Shown here in pieces: positions 28,857 through 38,305 of a DNA stretch of 64,000 nt. The translations under genes were made by a program, and so were the position numbers. The DNA is from Candidatus Anstonellaceae archaeon (GTDB lineage: Archaea; Micrarchaeota; Micrarchaeia; Anstonellales; Anstonellaceae), in contig JAWAEW010000002.1 in assembly GCA_038891035.1 (NCBI GenBank), positions 22,476 to 86,475 of the forward strand. The letters run 5' to 3'. The stretch's first letter is position 1; every line of letters starts with the position of its first letter. The notes under the pieces are model-generated. The model did not search any database and was not told where the DNA came from. It saw nothing but the letters and a program-made list of their open reading frames with translations.

Positions 28857-29909
28857 ATGGGGGTTGGAAATATGTTTGAAAATGCGGCAGGTTCTCGGAA
28901 CGATGAATTAATTTCAAACGAGAATATTCGTATTGCAGTCGTAGGTGTTGGGGGAGGCGGTTGCAATACTGTTGACCGCATGACAAGAAACGGCATACGC
29001 TCTGCACAAACGATTGCAATAAACACAGATCAGCTCCACCTGAAAATAGTGCAAGCCCACAAGAGAGTCTTAATTGGATCTACAATTACTAAGGGACTTG
29101 GAGCTGGAGGTTTCCCTGAAGTCGCAGAAAAATGTGCAGAAGTTTCGAAAGAAAAGCTGAGAGAAGTGCTTTCGGAGAAAGAGCTCGTCTTCGTGTGTGC
29201 AGGTATGGGCGGAGGCACAGGCACTGGCGCATCACCTGTAATTGCGCAAATTGCAAAAGAGCAAGGAGCGATCGTTGTATCTGTTGTAACGATGCCATTC
29301 AGACTTGAAAGAGCAAGGATGCAGAAGGCTTTGTGGGGACTGCAGCGCCTTGCAGCTCACTCTGATACCGTGATTGCAATTGAGAATGACCGCCTTGCAA
29401 AATATGTTCCTAATTTGCCAATCAATGAGGCATTCAACCTGGCGGATGCAATAACAAGCAAGGCAATAACAGGAATTGCGGACACCATCATGCTTCCTTC
29501 TCTTATGAACATTGATTTTGCAGACGTAAAATCTGTAATGGAAAACGGAGGCTTTGCACTCCTTTCGATGGGGGAAGGAAGAGGCCCCGACAGGATCGAC
29601 CAAGTAGTAAGAAACACTCTCGAGCAGCCTTTGCTTGACATCTCAACAGAAGGCGCAAAGGGAGCACTTTTGCACATAAGCGGAGGGCCACAGCTTACAC
29701 TTGGAGAAGGCATCCAAATTGGAGAAAAAATTTCCGAGAGCTTTGACTTGAACGCAGACGTCAAAATAGGAGCCAGGCTAGATCCATCATTAGGCGACAC
29801 GATAACCTGCGCTGCAATTATTACCGGCCTGAAGAATCCGTACGTTCAGCCGAGGCCGCCAGAAGAAGAAAAGAAAGTGATAGAGCTGGATGCAATTTCA
29901 TATCTTTAG
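28857..29909 (+). CDS. ftsZ: cell division GTPase FtsZ (paralog 2)
   Basis: GVGGGGCNTV and GGGTGTGASPVIAQIAKEQGAIVV. Distinct C-terminal region from paralog 1. Confidence 0.9.
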   Translation: MGVGNMFENAAGSRNDELISNENIRIAVVGVGGGGCNTVDRMTRNGIRSAQTIAINTDQLHLKIVQAHKRVLIGSTITKGLGAGGFPEVAEKCAEVSKEKLREVLSEKELVFVCAGMGGGTGTGASPVIAQIAKEQGAIVVSVVTMPFRLERARMQKALWGLQRLAAHSDTVIAIENDRLAKYVPNLPINEAFNLADAITSKAITGIADTIMLPSLMNIDFADVKSVMENGGFALLSMGEGRGPDRIDQVVRNTLEQPLLDISTEGAKGALLHISGGPQLTLGEGIQIGEKISESFDLNADVKIGARLDPSLGDTITCAAIITGLKNPYVQPRPPEEEKKVIELDAISYL

Positions 29910-29981
29910 TGGACGAGAGGGGATTCGAACCCCTGGCCTCGTCGTTGCGAACGACGCGCTCTACCGCTGAGCTACACGCCC
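29910..29981 (-). tRNA. tRNA-Ala (anticodon CGC)
   Basis: D-arm GCTC-AGCGGTAG-AGC, anticodon arm CGTCG-TTCGCAA-CGACG, T-arm AGGGG-TTCGAAT-CCCCT. G3:U70 wobble pair, the Ala identity element, is present. One U-U mismatch in the acceptor stem. Confidence 0.8.
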
Positions 29982-30036
29982 ACAAAATGCAGAATTTACT
30001 TTAAGTGTTTAAAAAGTAACTTGCTCTTAAAGAAAT

Positions 30037-30681
30037 ATGAAGGTTGCAGTCCTTTTTTCTGGGGGCAAAGATTCTGTTTTTGCAGCATTCTTATGCCAGC
30101 AGCTGGGGTTTGAAGTTGAGCTTTTATCTGTTATTCCTGCAGAGTACTCGACTATGTTCCATTTTCCAAATATTAAATGGTGTAAGCTTCAGGCCAAAAG
30201 GATGGGCATGAAAATCACTTTTGTCCAGCCAGAAGAAAAGACAGAAGAAAGTGAGCTTGGTTGTATGAAGAAGGCCCTTGCAAAGCTGAAAGCCGATGCC
30301 GTTGCCTGTGGAGCAATTGAGTCAGAGTACCAAAAAGAGAGGATAGACAGGATCGCACATGAACTTAGGATACCATGTTTTGCTCCTTTGTGGAGAAAAG
30401 GGGCGAAGCTCTTGGATGAACAGTGTAGGTATTTTGAGACATACATTGTGGCTGTAGCTGCAGAAGGGTTGGATGAAAAATGGTTGGGAAAAAAGTTTGA
30501 TGCGAAATTTTTAGAATATGCAAAGGAGTTGCGACTGAAAATAAATCCTCATTTAGAAGGAGGAGAAGGGGAGACTTTTGTTACAGACGCACCATTTTTC
30601 AGCAGACCAATTAAAATAAAAAGAATGCAAAAAAAGTTTGACGGAAGTTTTGGAGTTGCAAAGATTGTAGTTGCAAAATAG
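30037..30681 (+). CDS. PP-loop ATPase, MJ0570/Dph6-like (diphthine--ammonia ligase family, COG2102)
   Basis: MKVAVLFSGGKDS PP-loop at the N-terminus. 214 aa with family-typical length and layout. Confidence 0.6.
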   Translation: MKVAVLFSGGKDSVFAAFLCQQLGFEVELLSVIPAEYSTMFHFPNIKWCKLQAKRMGMKITFVQPEEKTEESELGCMKKALAKLKADAVACGAIESEYQKERIDRIAHELRIPCFAPLWRKGAKLLDEQCRYFETYIVAVAAEGLDEKWLGKKFDAKFLEYAKELRLKINPHLEGGEGETFVTDAPFFSRPIKIKRMQKKFDGSFGVAKIVVAK

Positions 30682-30682
30682 G

Positions 30683-31345
30683 CTATTTCTTTGCGAGCGC
30701 TTCTAGTCTATCTATTATGTTGTTGAGGTCTTGGCCATAGGCGGCTCTCACCCTTATTTCAGAAGACCACACTGCTTCCATGGGCAGTTCCTTGTTCAAG
30801 GTTATATTGTGTCCGGCAAAAGCCTTGGAGCCGTTGATTTGGACCTTTGTTTTGATAGGGACGGATTCTTCCACCCTAAATACGATCGGATGACCGGCAG
30901 GGCTTACACCTACAAGTTGTGTATTGATTGGAATAGTGAATTCAAGCGGCACTTCAAAGGTTTCTGGAAACATATCTCGAATAGGATAGGTTTTGTTGAT
31001 TCTCACAGAAGTTTGCATTGGTGCAGTCATTCTAATCTCGCGGTTTTGAAGTGAACGCAAATCGTCTGCAATTCCAAGCAATTGCTGCTTTTGGTATTCT
31101 GAAAGGGGCCTTTCTACAAAGAAAGAAAGATAAAGGCTGGCCAAGGAAAGGAGAAGGGCAACCCCTGCTACCATTAATGCGAATCCAGAATTATCTTGCT
31201 TTTGCGAAGGAGAAGCTTCATTTTCACCTGAAGCAGTGTAAATCTTTTGCGAAGGCGGAGTGTATGAGCCACTTCCACCGCGCAAAAAGCTGCTTGGCAA
31301 ATTAGATGCCATGAAGATCACCACTATGAAAACGGAAAAAACCAT
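30683..31345 (-). CDS. hypothetical membrane-anchored protein
   Basis: Single TM (ALMVAGVALLLSLASLYLSFF) followed by a beta-rich domain. No recognisable motifs. Confidence 0.3.
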   Translation of the reverse strand: MVFSVFIVVIFMASNLPSSFLRGGSGSYTPPSQKIYTASGENEASPSQKQDNSGFALMVAGVALLLSLASLYLSFFVERPLSEYQKQQLLGIADDLRSLQNREIRMTAPMQTSVRINKTYPIRDMFPETFEVPLEFTIPINTQLVGVSPAGHPIVFRVEESVPIKTKVQINGSKAFAGHNITLNKELPMEAVWSSEIRVRAAYGQDLNNIIDRLEALAKK

Positions 31346-31426
31346 TTATAATATTTGGTGGTTGCCAAAAATCAGCGAGTAATTTAAACTTTATCAGACG
31401 AATAAGAACAAGGCGGGTGATTTTAT

Positions 31427-31705
31427 ATGGCAAAAGTAACTTTTAAGTCAGACAACATACAAGTTGAAGTTCCACCAGGAACACCATTAGTCCAGATTGC
31501 AGAGGACAATGGAGCAAGCATTGCATTTTCATGCAAAGCAGGAGTCTGTGTCTCCTGCCTTATAAATGTGAATAAGGGGATGGAAAATCTTTCAGAAAAA
31601 ACCGATAACGAAAAGGCGACTCTGGAAGGCTTTGGGGCGAAGCCAAATCAGAGGCTTGCATGTCAAGTAATTGTAAATGGCGATGTGGAAATTGAAAATC
31701 CTTAA
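31427..31705 (+). CDS. 2Fe-2S ferredoxin-like protein
   Basis: 92 aa with Cys pattern C-x4-C-x2-C...C (SCKAGVCVSCL...RLACQV), typical of the fer2 fold. Confidence 0.5.
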   Translation: MAKVTFKSDNIQVEVPPGTPLVQIAEDNGASIAFSCKAGVCVSCLINVNKGMENLSEKTDNEKATLEGFGAKPNQRLACQVIVNGDVEIENP

Positions 31706-31793
31706 CTGCTTTCTTCTTTATTCTAAAAGACGCCTTCTAACTAATTTTTTCTCTTTAACTTCTTACTTTCAGCTTTTTGCCATATAAGATAAG

Positions 31794-31894
31794 CGCCGAC
31801 GAGGAGATTTGAACTCCTAAGCCCGAAAAGGGCACCAGATTTCCTGCTTTCGCAGTCTCAAGTCTGGCGCATTACCAGGTTCTGCCACGTCGGC
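31794..31894 (-). tRNA. tRNA-Ser (anticodon UGA) with ~16-nt intron at 37/38
   Basis: Same architecture as the tRNA at 1372-1474. Anticodon stem CCAGA/TCTGG, loop CTTGAG[intron]A, long variable arm GCCC-TTTTC-GGGC, T-arm AGGAG-TTCAAAT-CTCCT. Confidence 0.7.
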
Positions 31895-31957
31895 ACTGCC
31901 TTAAATAAAAGAAAGAAGAATTAAAAAAAGAATTCTTGAGTCAAGCCAAAAAAAGAA

Positions 31958-32674
31958 TCAGCTAGCCAAAATATCTATCGGATCGAATTTCTTTGTTTTT
32001 TCAGCAAATTTGTTAAGATCAATATTTCTTGCGTGTAATTCTTTTTTGTATTCTATGAAACTTGAGACAAAGATGCCTGCACTTTCAAGCACGTATGAAG
32101 GAGACAGGCTTGGCTCCAATTTGACAAGATGAGCTGCAAGCGGCTCTAGTTCCTGCACTGGAACATAAACTTTGTCTGTAATGAAATAGAATGGACTTAG
32201 TGGAACCATCTTAGGAAGTAATGGAGTAACTCTTTGGCGAAACGCTAAGATAACCCCACCTTCATCATTTGATTGGTCTTTGAATGGATTTTTGCTTGCA
32301 ATATGAACTGCCAAATATGCTTTTATGTCGGATTTTATTACTTCTGCTTCCCAGCTGGTGATAAGGAGAGGAAGAAAATATTGCGATTTTGACATATCAA
32401 CGAATCCCGTTGTAGCTGAAATTTTGAAATTGTAGGCTTCAAGGAACATTTTGTCTTCCTTTGAAAACTCCGGCAGTATAAATAGTAACGGAAAATACGG
32501 TACATCCGCGTCTTTCAGAATTTTGATGGATAGGGAAATTGAATCTGCAATTGCTCTTGCTTTTTCTGCATTTATTGGGTCCTCCTTAAGAACTTCTTTC
32601 CTTTTGAATATCTGTAGAACATTGGGTATCTTTTTGGAGAATGTCTTGTTTTGTTTGTTTTGCATTTCAACCAT
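31958..32674 (-). CDS. hypothetical protein
   Basis: 238-aa ORF with no recognisable motifs. Confidence 0.3.
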   Translation of the reverse strand: MVEMQNKQNKTFSKKIPNVLQIFKRKEVLKEDPINAEKARAIADSISLSIKILKDADVPYFPLLFILPEFSKEDKMFLEAYNFKISATTGFVDMSKSQYFLPLLITSWEAEVIKSDIKAYLAVHIASKNPFKDQSNDEGGVILAFRQRVTPLLPKMVPLSPFYFITDKVYVPVQELEPLAAHLVKLEPSLSPSYVLESAGIFVSSFIEYKKELHARNIDLNKFAEKTKKFDPIDILAS

Positions 32675-32742
32675 AGTACCACCTGGTAAAATAAAGATGC
32701 GAAATATTTAAAAAGTGGTATATAATAAAAAAACGTGTGCTT

Positions 32743-33048
32743 CTATTCTAATGAAATTTTGACTTGCACATTTTCTGGGACTCGCACCCTCATTATTTGC
32801 CTTAATGTGCGCTCGTCCCCAGCAACGTCAATAATTCTCTTATGAATCCGCATTTCCCAATGTTCGTAAGTATCAGACCCGTCACCGCAAGGGCTTCTTC
32901 GTGTCACAACCACCAGTCTGCGGGTTGGGAGAGGCACAGGGCCACGTATCTCTACTCCTGTTTGCTTGGCAATTTCGATTATTTGCTTGCAGACCTCATC
33001 CAGGTCTTTTGGGGTTTTGCCTATCAGCTTGATCCTTGCCTTTCCCAT
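32743..33048 (-). CDS. rps10: 30S ribosomal protein S10 (uS10)
   Basis: [11 protein letters not shown] and [14 protein letters not shown]. Canonical position after tuf. Confidence 0.9.
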   Translation of the reverse strand: MGKARIKLIGKTPKDLDEVCKQIIEIAKQTGVEIRGPVPLPTRRLVVVTRRSPCGDGSDTYEHWEMRIHKRIIDVAGDERTLRQIMRVRVPENVQVKISLE

Positions 33049-33111
33049 CTATTCACCTTTCGGCTCCGGTTCGTTTGAACCGGATGCCGACCTCAAAAAA
33101 AACAAAACAAT

Positions 33112-34380
33112 TCAGGACTTTGGAACCACATCAAGCACCACTCCTGCCGCAACAGTTTGCCCCATGTCACGGATAGCAAACCTACCAAGCGGCGGAAAAT
33201 CTTGGAACTTCTCAATCACAACGGGTTTAAGCGGCTTGACTTTAACAACCGCTACATCACCCGATTTTATAAAGTCTGGGTTCTTTTGGATTATCTGTCC
33301 GGTCTTCGGGTCTTTCTTTTCGAGAATGTCTGTAATAGTGCATGCAACCTGTGCTGTGTGAACATGGAAAACAGGAGTGTATCCCTTGCCAATTGCAGTT
33401 GGATGATCCAACACCACAATTTGAGCTGTGAATTCTGCGGCGACTTTTGGTGGGTTGTTGACGGGTCCGACCACTTCGCCACGCCTAATGTCCTTCTTAT
33501 CTACGTTTTTGACATTGAAACCGATATTGTCACCGGGTATTGCCTGCTGGAGAGGCTGGTGATGCATTTCAATGCTTTTTACCTCGCCTTTTGCGCCAGA
33601 AGGCATGAAAATCACTGTGTCATTCACTTTAAGAACACCTGTCTCTACTCTTCCCACTGGAACGGTTCCATGGCCTGTAATCGAGAAGACATCCTGAATC
33701 GGCAGTCTGAGTGGCTTGTCAATCGGCTTTGGTGGAGGAACTAGTTTGTCAAAGCACTCAAGCAAAGTTGGTCCAGAATACCAAGGCATTTCTTTGCTTC
33801 TCTCCTTTATGTTTGCACCCGCATAGCCAGAAATTGGGACAAACGGAATTGACTCGATTTTGTAGCCGATATTCTTCAAGAGGTTTGAGAGAGCCATTTT
33901 CGTTTCATCAAACTTGACATGGTCATAATTTACTGCATCCATCTTGTTTATTGCGACTATAAGCTGATTGACTCCGAGCACCTTTGCCAAGAAGGCGTGC
34001 TCCTTGGTTTGCGCCTGAACTCCTTCCTTTGCAGAACAGACTAGGACTGCAGCGTCTGCCTGCGAAGCACCAGTAATCATGTTTTTGACGAAGTCGCGGT
34101 GGCCAGGAGCATCAATAATGGTGAAATAGTACTTTTGAGTTTGGAACTCCTTGTGCGAAAGATCTATGGTAACTCCCCTTTCCCTTTCTTCTTTAAGAGT
34201 GTCCATCGTAAAGGCAAATTCAAATGTAGCCTTTCCCAGCTTCTCTGCTTCTTCCTTAAGCTTGCGCAACTGCTGTTCGGAGAGGGCACCAGTCTCATAA
34301 AGGATGCGCCCCACGGTAGTGGATTTGCCGTGGTCGACGTGCCCTATGAAAATCAAATTCAAATGTTCCTTTTCCGCCAT
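33112..34380 (-). CDS. tuf: translation elongation factor 1-alpha (aEF-1A)
   Basis: [21 protein letters not shown]. 422 aa. Confidence 0.95.
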   Translation of the reverse strand: MAEKEHLNLIFIGHVDHGKSTTVGRILYETGALSEQQLRKLKEEAEKLGKATFEFAFTMDTLKEERERGVTIDLSHKEFQTQKYYFTIIDAPGHRDFVKNMITGASQADAAVLVCSAKEGVQAQTKEHAFLAKVLGVNQLIVAINKMDAVNYDHVKFDETKMALSNLLKNIGYKIESIPFVPISGYAGANIKERSKEMPWYSGPTLLECFDKLVPPPKPIDKPLRLPIQDVFSITGHGTVPVGRVETGVLKVNDTVIFMPSGAKGEVKSIEMHHQPLQQAIPGDNIGFNVKNVDKKDIRRGEVVGPVNNPPKVAAEFTAQIVVLDHPTAIGKGYTPVFHVHTAQVACTITDILEKKDPKTGQIIQKNPDFIKSGDVAVVKVKPLKPVVIEKFQDFPPLGRFAIRDMGQTVAAGVVLDVVPKS

Positions 34381-34489
34381 TGCAATTCACCTCTGTTTGC
34401 CGACTGACACGACGTCAGCCAAACTCAAGCCGAAGCGGAGTTATTATATTAGATTATTTTATAAAGGTTTCTCAGAGCCAACGCCAAGA

Positions 34490-34942
34490 TTAAGACTTTT
34501 TTCCAAAATTACCTTTTGGTTTTGGAATTTTAAGCTCCGGATAGACTTCTTGCAGGGTCTCTGGATCGAGGTTGGTTTTGAATCCTAGCATGTCCAGCAC
34601 TGTCTTGACAAGATAGTTTTCGGCAATCTGCAAGTGTTTTTCTGTTGGGCAAGAAGAAAGCAGCTGCTCCTTGAATTCAGATGGTCTAAGAGAAGAAAAA
34701 ACTTCTGCAAGGGAGGCAAAGCTTTTGCGTTTGCCTTTGACAAGCTTGGCTGCAAGAGCTTCAATCTGCTCTTGCTTTATGCCTGAAAATTGATAGCTTT
34801 TTCTTGAGAGCGTAGCTTCGATTGAGGCAAGTATTGCAGCAACTTCTTCAGGCTTGGTTTTGGAATCTATAGACATTTTTTTGATTACAATCCAGTCTTT
34901 GTATTTTGCAGTAAATACTATCTCGCCTTTTTCATCTTCCAT
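34490..34942 (-). CDS. hypothetical protein
   Basis: 150-aa ORF with no recognisable motifs. Confidence 0.3.
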   Translation of the reverse strand: MEDEKGEIVFTAKYKDWIVIKKMSIDSKTKPEEVAAILASIEATLSRKSYQFSGIKQEQIEALAAKLVKGKRKSFASLAEVFSSLRPSEFKEQLLSSCPTEKHLQIAENYLVKTVLDMLGFKTNLDPETLQEVYPELKIPKPKGNFGKKS

Positions 34943-34949
34943 AGCATCA

Positions 34950-35102
34950 CTACTTCTTAACTCGGATTTCTTTCCTCTTAGGTCTCAAATAGACAGAACC
35001 GCATTTTCTACATTTTTCAACATTTCTCTTGTTCCTTGCTTTGCACTTGCGGCAAATGAAAATATTTGAAATGACCACATCTGCTTCTGGAAATTTACCC
35101 AT
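34950..35102 (-). CDS. rpl40e: 50S ribosomal protein L40e
   Basis: 50 aa from the internal ATG. KFPEADVVISNIFICRKCKARNKRNVEKCRKCGSVYLRPKRK matches the L40e zinc-ribbon pattern. The upstream part of the track ORF overlaps tRNA-Thr and is not coding. Confidence 0.7.
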   Translation of the reverse strand: MGKFPEADVVISNIFICRKCKARNKRNVEKCRKCGSVYLRPKRKEIRVKK

Positions 35103-35183
35103 TGGATTCACCTTGCTAAGCGTTCCTTGCCAAGCATTCTTTCGATTAAGGTTTAAAACAATATGCCCGACAAGAAAATATAA

Positions 35184-35269
35184 GCCCCTGTAGCTCATCG
35201 GTAGAGCGGTTGTCTTGTATCCATTCGCAAGAAAACAACAGGTAGCGAGTTCAATTCTCGCCGGGGGCT
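35184..35269 (+). tRNA. tRNA-Thr (anticodon UGU) with ~14-nt intron at 37/38
   Basis: Acceptor GCCCCTG/CGGGGGC, D-arm GCTC-ATCGGTAG-AGC, anticodon stem GTTGT/ACAAC, loop CTTGTA[intron]A, T-arm GCGAG-TTCAATT-CTCGC. Confidence 0.7.
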
Positions 35270-35297
35270 TTCTTTTTGTTGGCTTGATGGCAAAGAA

Positions 35298-37022
35298 TCA
35301 GAAGATGGCTTTTTGCTTTCCTAAAGCAATTGCATTTTGAAGAAGATCCCAGACAAGAATCAGAGCAAAAAGGATTGCTATGTCGTCAGCAACCCCAAAT
35401 ATTGACGGAAGACCGATGCCTGCGACTACTTGACTTATCAAGGCTGCCAAAGCAAGGAGAAAAATAATAGCTGCTAAATCACGCAAAATTTTACTTTCGA
35501 GGGTAGCGTTCTTTTTGTGCCGTGCAATCGTTGATGAGAGCAAATCAAGTAATGGTTTCAAGTCACGGAATATCCCATAAGCAAGATATGAAAGAAAGAT
35601 CAACCCCAAAACGAGGAATATCGACCTCAACAAGATCGCTTCTTGCGCATATCCTTCCTGAAGAAGAGAAGTTGTTGCAGACCTCAAAACTACCATCAAA
35701 AATATCATCAACGCTATCCACCCTACTCTGTTTCTGATGCAGCTCCAGCAAGTCTGTGCAGAACGCCAAAAGATCCCGTGAGGTGAAAAATCTCGAATAA
35801 GGCCTGAAAGATATCTTGATATGGAAACTGAAGATTTCTGGAGGAAAAACGGCATATTTTTTAGACCAAATTGCAAGATTTCTTTTTGCCGATCAAGAAG
35901 TATTGAAGAAATGATTGCCGTTGAGATTACTCCAAATGAACCAACTGCAATCAGCACAGGACGGGAATATTCGGGGGCGATTGATGCAATTATAAGTGAA
36001 AATTCACCAAGCACTAGCATTGCGCTTGCGCCAAAAAGCGAACTTTTTGAGCTGGACCCTGTTGCAAAAAGAAGCCAAAGAACTGAAAAGAAGCAAACGA
36101 TTACAAAAGCTGCGACAAATACCATAGCTAAAGTAAGATTTTCAAGTATAAGAATAGGATTAACTTGCATGCCTAATGAAAGGAAGAAAAGGGTGGCAAA
36201 AGTTAGAAGCAACGGCTTTATTGACTTTTCTATTCTGTGCGAATGTGGTACAGATGAAACTATGCTGCCTGCCAAAAATGCACCTACCGATGCTGAAAGC
36301 CCAAAAAGTTGGGCAAGAAGGGCCATACCCATACAAAGTGAAAATGAAAGAAAGATCATAAGCTCCATATTGAACGATTGAGTAAGCCTTGTGATTGCAT
36401 TAGCTGCAGGCTTTCTAAATACTATGTAAAATGCACCAAGCAAGCCAAAAGAAACTAGAACGGAAAAAATTTTGTCTTCTATAGTAGGAACTTCTCCTCC
36501 AAATGAAAGAGAAGAAAAGAATGTAAGGGCTGCAACTGCCACAAAATCTTCAACAATCAGCATTGAGAAAAGAAGTGGCATAAGCTTATTTTTTGACAAT
36601 CCTTTTTCGCTGGTTATTTTGTAAAACAAAGCAGTGCTTGTGATTGAAATCATTGCGCCTAAAAAGAGCGCAGAAGTGAAATCCAATCCGAAATATAATG
36701 CAATTTCATATCCGGCCGCAAAAAGAAAGGCCATTTTGAATAAAGTTACGAATGACGCTCTAAGGCCTGACTTAAAAATGCGTGAAACCGAAAACTCTAT
36801 CCCAACTGTAAAAAGAAGAAGGATTGCACCGAGTTCTGAAAAAAGAGAAATAATGGTCTCATCTTTTACCAAACCAAGCACGTGTGGACCGGCAATAGAG
36901 CCAAGAATCAAAAGCCCAACTACATAAGGTTGCCTGAATCTTTCTGAAAAAATTGTTCCAAGTAGAGCCAGCACAATGAAAAAGGAAAGCTGTATTATCA
37001 AATTGTCTGAGCCAGTCAACAT
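35298..37022 (-). CDS. monovalent cation:proton antiporter (CPA2/Kef-type), no TrkA domain
   Basis: Na_H_exchanger core (ILGSIAGPHVLGL...LLLFTVGIEFS) with extra C-terminal TM helices. Confidence 0.7.
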   Translation of the reverse strand: MLTGSDNLIIQLSFFIVLALLGTIFSERFRQPYVVGLLILGSIAGPHVLGLVKDETIISLFSELGAILLLFTVGIEFSVSRIFKSGLRASFVTLFKMAFLFAAGYEIALYFGLDFTSALFLGAMISITSTALFYKITSEKGLSKNKLMPLLFSMLIVEDFVAVAALTFFSSLSFGGEVPTIEDKIFSVLVSFGLLGAFYIVFRKPAANAITRLTQSFNMELMIFLSFSLCMGMALLAQLFGLSASVGAFLAGSIVSSVPHSHRIEKSIKPLLLTFATLFFLSLGMQVNPILILENLTLAMVFVAAFVIVCFFSVLWLLFATGSSSKSSLFGASAMLVLGEFSLIIASIAPEYSRPVLIAVGSFGVISTAIISSILLDRQKEILQFGLKNMPFFLQKSSVSISRYLSGLIRDFSPHGIFWRSAQTCWSCIRNRVGWIALMIFLMVVLRSATTSLLQEGYAQEAILLRSIFLVLGLIFLSYLAYGIFRDLKPLLDLLSSTIARHKKNATLESKILRDLAAIIFLLALAALISQVVAGIGLPSIFGVADDIAILFALILVWDLLQNAIALGKQKAIF

Positions 37023-37026
37023 AAAA

Positions 37027-38016
37027 TTACCTGAAAAGTTTTGCTAAAGATACCAGCTTTATCAGCTTGCCAAAGGGCAGGCTGGAAAGCCTGGATGAGG
37101 CTGATGAACAGAAAGCCAGCCATTTTTGGAGCTGGCGCTTGAGCGCGGCTTTCCGCAGCTTCTTTTGGCCATGGATTAGCTCAAGGGAAAGCAGAGGGGG
37201 CAGGTGCTTTTGCAGGATTTGCTTCAATCGCTCTTGATCCTCTTCTTTTGTTTTTTCAATCATCTTGATGGTTTGCTGTATTTGGTTTTCAGTAACTTTA
37301 AGCTGCTGTAAAATTTCTTCCTTGTGCTTGAGCACTATTTGCTCTGGATCACTTTCTTTTTGCCCTTTAATTTCAAGCTGCTGAGCCTGCGTGAAAAGCA
37401 GCCTGGCAAGCTCTTCCCTCTTATTGGCTTCAGCAGTTGCCTCCTGAGCTGCGCAATACAAAATAAGTGGGGTAAGCGAGTTTTGCATGATCCCATTTGC
37501 AATTGCTTGGTGGCTGTCTTGAGGCATGGTAATTTGCTGCTTCATTTTTTCTTTTTCAGTAAATGATTGGGAACGGGAGGTTTCTACTTGGGTTTCTTTC
37601 ATATCCTCATTGTAAAAGCTCCAAATTATCGGGGAGATATCCACTTCCTTTTCTTGCGAAGCCTGTTTTTGTATATTTTCAAGCACTGCTTTGCTTTTTT
37701 CTTCTATGCTTTGTGCGTTTTGGACTTCGCTCAATTTCATTGCACCTCTTACGTAGCGAGCGGCATTTTCATATCCCCATGCAAATGATGCTGCATAAAT
37801 TGCATTTTGAGCACCTGGAGTTAAAGTGGTGATAAAATCAGCTATGCCGTGCTTGCGGAAAGATTTCTCGATAACAGAAAGTGAGCCTTCAAAGTCTTTT
37901 GAATCCGAAAAAATTGGCGCCTGCTCAAGAAAAGAAGATTGGAGAAATTGCCTCTGCATTGCAGTCTGCTCTTCGTTTTCTTTCTTTTTATGCGCTTGGA
38001 GCTGGAAAACGAACAT
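37027..38016 (-). CDS. hypothetical coiled-coil protein
   Basis: 329 aa, Q/E/K-rich predicted coiled coils. No recognisable motifs. Confidence 0.3.
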   Translation of the reverse strand: MFVFQLQAHKKKENEEQTAMQRQFLQSSFLEQAPIFSDSKDFEGSLSVIEKSFRKHGIADFITTLTPGAQNAIYAASFAWGYENAARYVRGAMKLSEVQNAQSIEEKSKAVLENIQKQASQEKEVDISPIIWSFYNEDMKETQVETSRSQSFTEKEKMKQQITMPQDSHQAIANGIMQNSLTPLILYCAAQEATAEANKREELARLLFTQAQQLEIKGQKESDPEQIVLKHKEEILQQLKVTENQIQQTIKMIEKTKEEDQERLKQILQKHLPPLLSLELIHGQKKLRKAALKRQLQKWLAFCSSASSRLSSLPFGKLIKLVSLAKLFR

Positions 38017-38156
38017 AGTAATCAGGTGAATTTCACCAAATGAAATAATAAAAGTTCCGCTTGGAAAATGTTGGTTATGAAAAGAGATATTTTTGAGTTT
38101 TTACTTATGAGGATGTCTGATGCTGTAACAATACTGCCGAATATTTTTTAAAAAAG

Positions 38157-38256
38157 TGCGGAGAGGAGGATTTGTTCTGCTATAATTGAACCCCCGCAGC
38201 CACTAGGGCACAGGGTCCTAAGCCCTGCGCATTTGACCAGGCTCTGCCATCTCCGC
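38157..38256 (-). tRNA. tRNA-Leu (anticodon UAG) with ~14-nt non-canonical intron in the T-loop
   Basis: Acceptor GCGGAGA/TCTCCGC, anticodon arm CAGGG-CTTAGGA-CCCTG, long variable arm. T-stem GGGGG...CCTCC encloses 21 nt (TTCAATT plus a 14-nt insert) instead of a 7-nt loop. The upstream half is closely similar to the intron-less tRNA-Leu at 42253. Confidence 0.55.
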
Positions 38257-38305
38257 AAAAATAATCTGAAGGGAATACATTAAAAACAATGCATTCTAAT
38301 CCTCT

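Noticed and set aside
33157-33744. 195-aa plus-strand ORF inside tuf
   Set aside because: Antisense to EF-1alpha, whose identity is unambiguous.
34950-35198. 82-aa version of the L40e ORF
   Set aside because: The upstream 32 codons overlap tRNA-Thr and are not conserved. L40e is about 50 aa from the internal ATG.
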